From positions 1 through 35,193 of the IMG/VR virus record IMGVR_UViG_3300042377_001068: a stretch of DNA of 35,193 nucleotides. One strand, 5' to 3'. Both the position numbers and the translations under genes were made by a program. Origin of the DNA: a virus. Lineage: Duplodnaviria; Caudoviricetes. The notes under the pieces are model-generated. The model was not told the DNA's origin. It made no database searches and saw only the letters and a program-made list of their open reading frames with translations. This document shows, piece by piece, positions 1 to 7,403 of the stretch. Every line of letters begins with the position of its first letter. The first letter of the stretch is position 1.

Positions 1-721
1 AAACTTTTGATTTTTTTACATCGCCCTTCATTGGAACGCCAAGTTTAACTTTACGACCTTGATATTCTGCTTCTTCAATTTTAGCATCTGCATTAAAATC
101 TCCATACATTTCATAAAATTCATCACCTTCACATGTGTGTTCATCGCCTTCTGGAATCATGTCCCATTTTGGTGACTCGTAGTATTCTTCCAAATCTTGT
201 TCTTCCATATTAAACTTAGATTTTGGGTTGGTATGGCACCACTCACATTGTTCTTGAGCAGGTTCACCAGTATATTTGTCGCTGACTGCATACCATCCTT
301 GATTATTGCAATGAGGACAATCTTCTCCTTCAGTTTCGTTGATTTTTGTTTTCGGCATTCCACTCTCAATCCATTTTTTTACTTTTTCAATGTTTTCTGG
401 ACTGTATGGATTATATTCATAAGGGTTCATATCAACATCATGCACTTTACCGTCTGGACCCTTTACGTAAAAAAATAGTTTCATATTGTCTGGTTCTCTA
501 TCTTCTTCCATCCAATATTTAAATACACCTTTTGAGGTTTGAATATCTTTGGCATATTCTTCTCCGGCCATTCCTTCCTTTACCGGTACACAGTTTGGTA
601 CTTCTTTACCACCCTTGTTCTTGGTGCCATATGCTTTGTATCCTTTCCAGCATGGATTTTCCATCTTGGATACTTCTTCAACAACTTCAATAATCAATTT
701 TTTTAGTTCCGATTTCTTCAT
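1..721 (-). CDS. Phage protein running off the left edge (partial, not in ORF track); putative head-internal/virion protein
   Basis: Hand translation from ATG at 721 is open to the window edge: MKKSELKKLIIEVVEE...NPCWKGYKAYGTKNKGGKEVPNCVP...CPHC...CEWC...EEAEYQGRKVKLGVPMKGDVKK. The CWKGY..GTK...VPNCVP and EAEYQGRKVKL motifs are ones I recall from T4-like phage proteins. Confidence 0.8.
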   Translation of the reverse strand, partial: MKKSELKKLIIEVVEEVSKMENPCWKGYKAYGTKNKGGKEVPNCVPVKEGMAGEEYAKDIQTSKGVFKYWMEEDREPDNMKLFFYVKGPDGKVHDVDMNPYEYNPYSPENIEKVKKWIESGMPKTKINETEGEDCPHCNNQGWYAVSDKYTGEPAQEQCEWCHTNPKSKFNMEEQDLEEYYESPKWDMIPEGDEHTCEGDEFYEMYGDFNADAKIEEAEYQGRKVKLGVPMKGDVKKSKV

Positions 722-726
722 AGTAT

Positions 727-1050
727 TTATCCTCTACCTTTGATGCCACTGATCTTGTCTATAATCTGACCTTGCTTCTTTGAGTATACCGCTTTCTTTC
801 TTTCTAATGCTTCTATCTTTCTTTGAACCGGCGCATGTAATTTAGTAATATCCGAATCAATCTTGGCAATATCATTTTTCATTTTATCTAAAGCGGACTG
901 ATAAACAACCAATGACTTTTTGTCTGCATCACTCAACCCATCGTTCGAGGCTTGTGTATCTGCAATAGCATTTGCTCCAATTTCTCCAATCTCTTGGAGT
1001 TTCTTTTTAACAATAGACTGAACAATTTCTCTTAGTTCGGAGCGTTTCAT
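727..1050 (-). CDS. Hypothetical coiled-coil protein with MKRSELRE N-terminus
   Basis: 107-aa ORF, tightly packed between co-oriented neighbours; helical, Lys/Glu-rich. Confidence 0.75.
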   Translation of the reverse strand: MKRSELREIVQSIVKKKLQEIGEIGANAIADTQASNDGLSDADKKSLVVYQSALDKMKNDIAKIDSDITKLHAPVQRKIEALERKKAVYSKKQGQIIDKISGIKGRG

Positions 1051-1055
1051 AAATT

Positions 1056-1691
1056 TTATTTACCGTGCATCTTTAGAATAGCATCAGCAGCTTCTTTGGC
1101 TTTTTTAGCTAATTCAACTTCACGCTTTTCTTCTGGATTTTTCATATCTGTTTCGTCGTGAGATTCTCCTAATTTTGCAGTTGGCACAAAATCAATACCG
1201 TTTTCTTGTGATAGTTCATCTACTAATGAATCAACTTCACCCGTTGGACCTGAAATCTTAAATTCATAATACTTGGTTCTTTCATCATCCCAAACTTTAC
1301 CAAACTTGGCATCTCCCATCCATTTCATTTTAACACCATGTTTTTGAATAATTGCAGCAATTTCATCGCCGGTCATTGGATAAACTGTGTTATCAACGTG
1401 AGCAATATAAGCAACATTCTGACCAGATACATCTTCATTCATTCCTTTAGCTTCCCAAGCAGCCCACATTTCATTTACTTTAGCATGACCTTCGTTCTTA
1501 GCATTATGCATCTTCCACATAGTAGCATAAGCTTTTTGTGGTACATCTTTATACTGTGCCAATAGTTTCTTTTTTAATGCAGACGGGAAATCAGGTGGAG
1601 TTCCTTCTTGTAGGTTGGTTTCAGCAACTCCAAGTCCGATAGCTTCTGTGACAATTTGTTTGATTAGTTTCTTTAGTTCTGATTTCTTCAT
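1056..1691 (-). CDS. Hypothetical protein with MKKSELKKLI N-terminus (putative head-internal protein)
   Basis: 211-aa ORF; same N-terminal decapeptide as the ORF starting at 721; octamer motif upstream. Confidence 0.8.
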   Translation of the reverse strand: MKKSELKKLIKQIVTEAIGLGVAETNLQEGTPPDFPSALKKKLLAQYKDVPQKAYATMWKMHNAKNEGHAKVNEMWAAWEAKGMNEDVSGQNVAYIAHVDNTVYPMTGDEIAAIIQKHGVKMKWMGDAKFGKVWDDERTKYYEFKISGPTGEVDSLVDELSQENGIDFVPTAKLGESHDETDMKNPEEKREVELAKKAKEAADAILKMHGK

Positions 1692-1719
1692 GGTGTTTTT
1701 ATATTTTTTATTATGTATA

Positions 1720-1727
1720 TATAAATA
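1720..1727 (-). promoter_or_regulatory. Recurrent upstream octamer (TATTTATA on coding strand), putative late promoter element
   Basis: tataaata on + strand, 28 nt upstream of ATG 1691; one of 9 exact intergenic copies. Confidence 0.55.
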
Positions 1728-1807
1728 TAAACTACTATATAAAAAACTTATAACTTATAAACAATGTTAACTTTGTTTGTTTAGGTTGTTTTCAGGAAAG
1801 TCCGGGG

Positions 1808-1837
1808 ATTGTAACCACAAAGTTGTATAGCTGTCAA
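1808..1837 (-). promoter_or_regulatory. Sigma70-type promoter TTGACA-N18-TACAAT
   Basis: + strand tgtcaa at 1832-1837 and attgta at 1808-1813, intergenic, pointing toward the gene at 1691. Confidence 0.6.
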
Positions 1838-1861
1838 GCCATAATAACAAAAAAGTGTGTA

Positions 1862-3568
1862 TTATATCAAATCCATCTCATATTTTAGATTTCCACAATC
1901 CCAAATACGATTGTATCCATTATTTTGCATATTCTGCCATTCGGTTAAAATAGCATCAAATTTAGGTAATTTTGATTTTAATACTTGTTTTCTGAAACCA
2001 AATCTATGGTATTTATTATAATATCCATTTTTAAAATACCAATAATTTGGAGGAGATATATGCGACAGTTTCATTCCTATTGAACTGTATATATTTTTGT
2101 GTATATATGTAAATCTGCGATCTGCATAACTTATTATTTTTTTAGGACAATGTTCAGATATAAACACTTTTAAAAACTTTGAAACAATTCCAACTATAGG
2201 AATTGAAGTTGCAAATCTAACTAACTCATATGTATCTTGGTTTGATTTCTTGATGCCAAGCGCAGCTCGTTCTTTTCCGAATGTAATAACTGATACCAAT
2301 TCTTTATTGTAAAATGCACCATATCGTATAGACGATATATCTTTTCCTTGTATGTGATATGTATCAAGAAACTTATCCTTTTCAACATTTGATATTTTAG
2401 ATATAACCAATTCTCGCGCACCTATTCTTTTTTCGGATATAAAACGAGAACGTAATTTTTGTTTTACTATTTCTTTTTTATTTTTCCATTCATCTTCAAA
2501 TATATGAATTAGATGTATATTATTTGCCTCACACTCTGTGGTTTTGAGTAAATGATATTTTTTTGATTTTCCTGCCATCTCTGAGTGCCAGTATAGTCCA
2601 TTAAATTCAATAGCAATTTTCTTTGATGGAATGTATATATCAAGCTCTAAACCGGACGGTAAAATATCTTTACTATTTTCAACTATAGATTCACTGGTAA
2701 TAGATTTTATATAATCTACTATTTCTTTTTCCGCGATAGATGTTTTTTCGTATTCTATTGGATTGCACTTTAGGCAGCGAGGAAGATGTCCGCCGTCTAT
2801 ATGATCTGAAAATATGTCACTGCACGATTTGCATTCAAATTTGTATAAATTGATTCTATCTGTGTTGATATATTCTTCTTTTGTGAATAAAGGAATATAT
2901 CCAACATTCAGCTTGTGTTCATTTAATAATTTATCGTAAAAAGAATCAATAAATTTTTTACGCTTTGTTTCTTTAACGTGCAACATTTTGCTTGGATGTT
3001 CTGCACCGTATTTATCAAGATTTGTTTGCTTTATTTTTTTCCTGATATCACTGGATTGAAATGGATTTTCCACACCATTATTAAGCAAGCAAGTTTTTTT
3101 CTTTTTATCTTTTATATCATCGCGTTGAGATACATGTTTTACTCCATACAATTTAATATTATGCAATTTTGTTTTTTCTATCATTTCTTCGGATTGGAAT
3201 ACCCAATCTACGCCAAACTTTTTTTGATTTGTATCTTGTATCTTTTTTAAGACTTCTTGACTTTTTGACGCATTGTCTACTCCGTATTTACTTAAACAAG
3301 TAAGTTTAGCTTTTTCTGAGTTTACATATGTTTCGCTTCCATACTTTTCTAGCTTTGTCTTTTTAATCTTGGCAATTCTTTCTGGATTTCTTGCCACATA
3401 TATTCCGCTGCATTTTGCCGAACAAGTTTTTTGTTCACGTTTTATCAATGACCAAAACGGGGTATTACAAATTTTACAATTTGTTTCGTGCCAAAATTTT
3501 AAATTTTTTTGCATACCAACATTATGATCATTTTTGCTTATGTTGTCAATTTCTATATTTTTGAGCAT
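1862..3568 (-). CDS. Hef-like homing endonuclease (Zn-finger, KYG repeats, Vsr/PD-(D/E)XK-like nuclease, Hef-type C-terminal domain)
   Basis: CxxC...CSAKC; repeated KYG/KFG..N units; CKSC...CLKC; ELDIYIPSKKIAIEFNGLYWHS; YHIQG...YELVRFA...SYADRR...RIWDCGNLKY. Confidence 0.8.
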   Translation of the reverse strand: MLKNIEIDNISKNDHNVGMQKNLKFWHETNCKICNTPFWSLIKREQKTCSAKCSGIYVARNPERIAKIKKTKLEKYGSETYVNSEKAKLTCLSKYGVDNASKSQEVLKKIQDTNQKKFGVDWVFQSEEMIEKTKLHNIKLYGVKHVSQRDDIKDKKKKTCLLNNGVENPFQSSDIRKKIKQTNLDKYGAEHPSKMLHVKETKRKKFIDSFYDKLLNEHKLNVGYIPLFTKEEYINTDRINLYKFECKSCSDIFSDHIDGGHLPRCLKCNPIEYEKTSIAEKEIVDYIKSITSESIVENSKDILPSGLELDIYIPSKKIAIEFNGLYWHSEMAGKSKKYHLLKTTECEANNIHLIHIFEDEWKNKKEIVKQKLRSRFISEKRIGARELVISKISNVEKDKFLDTYHIQGKDISSIRYGAFYNKELVSVITFGKERAALGIKKSNQDTYELVRFATSIPIVGIVSKFLKVFISEHCPKKIISYADRRFTYIHKNIYSSIGMKLSHISPPNYWYFKNGYYNKYHRFGFRKQVLKSKLPKFDAILTEWQNMQNNGYNRIWDCGNLKYEMDLI

Positions 3569-3604
3569 AAAAAAACTCTATGCATATAAATAGCATAGAG
3601 TTTT
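3569..3604 (-). terminator. Hairpin/intrinsic terminator after tail tube gene, with the promoter-like octamer in its loop
   Basis: Perfect 12-bp inverted repeat aaaactctatgc (3572-3583) / gcatagagtttt (3593-3604); loop atataaata; U-run on minus strand ends at the endonuclease ATG. Confidence 0.7.
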
Positions 3605-3633
3605 GAGAAAGCGTGACCGCTTGAGATATTACA

Positions 3634-4128
3634 TCAAAATTGTAGGATGCAATAATCTACCGTGAGCGTTACGTTAATAAGCAACGCTTCTTGAGAACTC
3701 CAGTCAAGACCAGAGCCATTGAAATCAACAGCCGATGGAAATGCGCCTTTTAATTGCCATTCTTCTACTACGTCACCGACCGGACCAAGAACTTGGATAG
3801 TAACGTCTTTTTTGTAGAAATCTGCATACCCGTTACGACCAGTAACAGATTCGTGAGCCAAACGTACCCACTCCATACAAGCTTGTGCAGCAGATGGAAC
3901 GATTGGGTCATATAGTGTGATAGCAACATCACCCCATTCACTCTTACCTTTTAGCTTGCGCTTTAAGTTGATGTGATCTAGCGTAATTACACCGTTATTG
4001 ATAGAAGGACGAGCAGCAGCTTTGATTAAGTAAGCTGGAATTCCGTCGATGTTCATGATAAAACGGTTTTGAACTTTTGGTTCATAAGCCGTAAAGAATA
4101 TTTGATTTGCTTCTAGTAGTTCTGCCAT
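3634..4128 (-). CDS. Tail tube protein (T4 gp19-like)
   Basis: 164 aa; EPKVQNRF, WGDVAITLYDPI, YKKDVTIQVLGPVGDVVEEWQLKGAFP, LDW...VTLTVDY; near a sheath gene. Confidence 0.9.
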   Translation of the reverse strand: MAELLEANQIFFTAYEPKVQNRFIMNIDGIPAYLIKAAARPSINNGVITLDHINLKRKLKGKSEWGDVAITLYDPIVPSAAQACMEWVRLAHESVTGRNGYADFYKKDVTIQVLGPVGDVVEEWQLKGAFPSAVDFNGSGLDWSSQEALLINVTLTVDYCILQF

Positions 4129-4160
4129 AATATTGGGTGTTTAATTGTTTGTTCTTTCAT

Positions 4161-4168
4161 TATAAATA
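4161..4168 (-). promoter_or_regulatory. Recurrent upstream octamer, putative late promoter element for tail tube
   Basis: tataaata on + strand, 32 nt upstream of ATG 4128. Confidence 0.55.
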
Positions 4169-4347
4169 TAAAAGAAAATATAAAATAGTTTATTTATTAT
4201 CAAAATTCTTTGTCTTTATAATAAGTAGGTCTATTCGTAATTTTGCGAATAATATTGACATAATAATAAATAGTATGCAATGTGAGATTATGAACGTATT
4301 TAACCTTGAAAAAGAATTAAAACGAATTGGGGAATGAAAAGAGTAAT

Positions 4348-5037
4348 CTAAAGTTTCTCAATAAAACATTCTAGTTCATCTTTTCCACTAAAACGAAACG
4401 CTGATTTTTGTGACATAACATTTTTGTTGTTTTTGTCAAACATATGAGACATTGTAAATTTCCTGCTTTCGTGCATTTCTTTTTCTAATGCTGTACGATA
4501 ATCTTGAACAGTTGATTTATACCACCGCCCTTTAGTAGCTAGTATTTGATGCTGTTTTAAGTGTTCACCTAGATGGTGCCATAGTTCTTTATCATATGTA
4601 AAAATGCGTGGAGATGGTTTTGTTACTAACACAAATTTGGGTAAGTTTAGCAATTTCCATTTAGCATCAAACTTGTCACAATCAAGATCTTCGTTTTTAA
4701 CTAAAAACTCATTATACTCACTGGTGTTTATTGACCAATATTTGTTTCTGTCACAATAAACAGATTCATATTCAGAATGTAAATCAGTAACAATGTTATT
4801 TTTATTGTCGCGAACATACATAAACTTTGCGCCAGTCACTTTTGGATTTTTTGTCCAATCTGCTCCAAGTAAAAACATTTCATAGTGTGGCCACACAAAG
4901 CAATAAAATCCACGTGTTGCTGGTGGAGAATGAAAGGTTTCCGGAATACACTTGTAACCACGTTGATTTACAGAACTTAATCCACCAAATCGTGCAAATT
5001 TAAGCTTGCTTGTTTTGCTTATGTCGTATTTTGCCAT
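4348..5037 (-). CDS. Hypothetical phage protein
   Basis: ~229-aa ORF (ATG 5037 preferred over TTG 5043); aromatic-rich globular composition; TTGACA upstream at 5069-5074. Confidence 0.75.
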   Translation of the reverse strand: MAKYDISKTSKLKFARFGGLSSVNQRGYKCIPETFHSPPATRGFYCFVWPHYEMFLLGADWTKNPKVTGAKFMYVRDNKNNIVTDLHSEYESVYCDRNKYWSINTSEYNEFLVKNEDLDCDKFDAKWKLLNLPKFVLVTKPSPRIFTYDKELWHHLGEHLKQHQILATKGRWYKSTVQDYRTALEKEMHESRKFTMSHMFDKNNKNVMSQKSAFRFSGKDELECFIEKL

Positions 5038-5084
5038 ACACAAGCAGAGTTACACAAATATTATAAAATGTCAAGCAAATCGCT

Positions 5085-5855
5085 TTAATCTTTTATTTTT
5101 ACACCAAAATCTTTTTCAAATTGTTTTGGTGCTGCTTTATAACTATCCGCCGTTTCATCTTTTGCATCTTGTGTATATTGCCAGTTGAAACTTAATACGT
5201 CAGGTACTTTAAATCCAAAAAATTTCAATACTTGCTTTTGAATATCAACAACCGAAGAGCCATTCCAGTTTTGTCCAATCAAAACTAGTCCTGCTTCTTT
5301 ATCTGCTATGATATTATCTTCTTTAAGAGTACTATGACGGTTTTCCAACCAAGTAAGACGCTCGATTAATTTTTGATAAATGCCATTAGTTTGTCCCCAA
5401 CGAGTACTAACAAAAAATACAATTGCATCTGCTTCAAACAAAGGTTTGGTTATTTCCCACAACTCATCATCTTTGTTATTAAAACTGCACCAACATCTAT
5501 GATTTCCAGTTGGATTTTTCTTATCATCTTTTAATTTAGAAGCCTTTACGCCACAGTTATTTCCTTCGTGCTTACTTACATTACCTTCGCAATCATATAT
5601 TTTTAATTTACTGGCGTCTATTACTGTAGTATTGCCCAATTGTTCTGAGATATATTCAGCTAAAATTGTGCTTTTTGCTGTTTGTTTATCTCCAACCCAA
5701 CGGTTGCTAGTTGTAACAAATAACACTTTATTTTTATTCTTTAAATGGTTTATTAATTTATCAACCTCGGAAACCATGTTCTCTGATTCATTTAAATTAA
5801 AATGTTCAAACAATAGTTTTTTATGTTTTAAAAGTGTATCTTCAAATGTATTCAT
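5085..5855 (-). CDS. Flavodoxin-like NAD(P)H-dependent FMN reductase / iron-sulfur flavoprotein family
   Basis: VLFVTTSNR...KSTILA FMN-binding loop; CEG...C...CWC cysteine cluster; ADAIVFFVSTRWG...YQKLIERL. Confidence 0.8.
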   Translation of the reverse strand: MNTFEDTLLKHKKLLFEHFNLNESENMVSEVDKLINHLKNKNKVLFVTTSNRWVGDKQTAKSTILAEYISEQLGNTTVIDASKLKIYDCEGNVSKHEGNNCGVKASKLKDDKKNPTGNHRCWCSFNNKDDELWEITKPLFEADAIVFFVSTRWGQTNGIYQKLIERLTWLENRHSTLKEDNIIADKEAGLVLIGQNWNGSSVVDIQKQVLKFFGFKVPDVLSFNWQYTQDAKDETADSYKAAPKQFEKDFGVKIKD

Positions 5856-5859
5856 TTTA

Positions 5860-6801
5860 TCAGAATCTCCAAGTAAATTTTATCTTGTTATGTTCGCGTG
5901 GATCTTCAATGAAGTAAACTTTGGATCTGCCGCTCATGAAACTACCAGATTGTCCTTTGAGAAATTTCATTTGAGCGGGCGATGGAGTTACATACATTGT
6001 CATTGTATTTCCATTTCTATCTGGATGTTGAAATGAGTTTACCGCGTTTATAAAAACAGTATATGCAATATTACTAGCACCTTCGTCTAATGTATTTTCT
6101 TTCACGCTCATCTTCTTATCATATATAGTTGATATACTATCTTTAATTTTATCAAGATAGCCATATGCACGTAATATCTTAAATACTATATTTTCTTCAC
6201 TAAGTTCGCCGCCTTTATCTAAACCAGATTGACGATATTTATAAAGTTTCTCAAGTAGTTTCTTTAACGCAGCTTCGTCGTGCTTTTTAACAAGCGCACT
6301 TATTTTGTTTTTATACTCATTATACTTCTTTTTTATAAGCTCTTTATTAAACTTTGGGCTTTCTTTGACCGGTTCTTTTAGCCATTTGTCATTTAACACA
6401 CTATACTCGCTTGCTGATGTGGGTATATGTGCTTTGTCTTGAACATATATTTCAACATCATGACCTTTCATAGTAATGTTGTGTTTATTGTTCCAACCTA
6501 CTTTAATCGCATCAAAAAGGGTTTGAGCATCTTCTGCTGACATATCTAACTTTTTATAATCTGTAACAACATGCAAGTCTATATCTGAATAGTTTGTCCA
6601 ATTATAATTAGTAGCACTGCCAATGATAACAATGTCATCTACCTCTATAGATATGTTGTTGCTTTCTTTAAGTTCTTTTACAAAATCTTGCGCAACTTTT
6701 AATAATCCATTTCGCACTTCATTGTTTAGCTTTGCTCCATCTTCATTTACAACCCAAAGTTTTGGGCAAAGTGTATTATGATATAATGGATAACTTTTCA
6801 T
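5860..6801 (-). CDS. Pol-beta superfamily nucleotidyltransferase
   Basis: IVIIGSATNYNWTNYSDIDLHV (GS...DxD) with third acidic residue in DVEIYVQ; GGELSEENIVFKILR. Confidence 0.85.
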   Translation of the reverse strand: MKSYPLYHNTLCPKLWVVNEDGAKLNNEVRNGLLKVAQDFVKELKESNNISIEVDDIVIIGSATNYNWTNYSDIDLHVVTDYKKLDMSAEDAQTLFDAIKVGWNNKHNITMKGHDVEIYVQDKAHIPTSASEYSVLNDKWLKEPVKESPKFNKELIKKKYNEYKNKISALVKKHDEAALKKLLEKLYKYRQSGLDKGGELSEENIVFKILRAYGYLDKIKDSISTIYDKKMSVKENTLDEGASNIAYTVFINAVNSFQHPDRNGNTMTMYVTPSPAQMKFLKGQSGSFMSGRSKVYFIEDPREHNKIKFTWRF

Positions 6802-6803
6802 AT

Positions 6804-7388
6804 TTATTCTGGCAAGAATTTCTTTAGTTGAGATATAGAACTAGCTGCACCTGTATGCAATATAGCAACGCGATGTAATGCAGTATTATCCCAAGCATCA
6901 ATATTTTTTTGCATATCATCAATAAGCACATGAGTAACACGACCTGGTATATCTAAGATATATTCTGGTTTTCTTGGACCAGAGCGAGCAATAATCACTT
7001 TTACATTTGGATCAATATGCTTACGAATCCAAGCAGTCTTTTGTTCTGTGATAGTAGTGCCTTGACCAGCACTCAAAATAACAGGAGCTGGATTTTTGAA
7101 ATTGTCTCTGATAAAATCCCAAAGAATTCTAGCATCTGGATTTGGTTCAAGATTAATCCAAAAGTTTGGAACAGCGTTAATAAGTTGCCAGAACCTCTTT
7201 TGACCAGCTTTCTTGTCACCTTTAAATTCTGGAAGATCATAAATTTCTTCTGGTAATAGACCACCGGAAATTTCTTTGAATCCTTTATCCATATTTACGA
7301 GGACTCCATCCATGTCCACGTAGCACTGTATTTTTAATGGGTTCTTTTCTTCAATCTCTTTTAATAAGTTCTTTAGTAAAATTTGCAT
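6804..7388 (-). CDS. HAD-family 5'(3')-deoxyribonucleotidase-like protein
   Basis: YVDMDGVL (motif I), ILSA (II), K (III), LIDD (IV); FW.NL and K..WI motifs typical of NT5C-like phage enzymes. Confidence 0.85.
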   Translation of the reverse strand: MQILLKNLLKEIEEKNPLKIQCYVDMDGVLVNMDKGFKEISGGLLPEEIYDLPEFKGDKKAGQKRFWQLINAVPNFWINLEPNPDARILWDFIRDNFKNPAPVILSAGQGTTITEQKTAWIRKHIDPNVKVIIARSGPRKPEYILDIPGRVTHVLIDDMQKNIDAWDNTALHRVAILHTGAASSISQLKKFLPE

Positions 7389-7393
7389 ATAAT

Positions 7394-7401
7394 TATAAAT
7401 A
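7394..7401 (-). promoter_or_regulatory. Recurrent upstream octamer
   Basis: tataaata fills most of the 15-nt gap, 5 nt upstream of ATG 7388. Confidence 0.5.
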
Positions 7402-7403
7402 TA

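Noticed and set aside
157-743. Short track ORFs 157-369, 197-478, 549-743
   Set aside because: They overlap the longer motif-bearing minus-strand frame starting at 721.
4137-4337. 66-aa + strand ORF with nearby TTGACA (4255-4260)
   Set aside because: AT-rich intergenic sequence overlapping the tube leader, no good -10 at proper spacing; at most a remnant.
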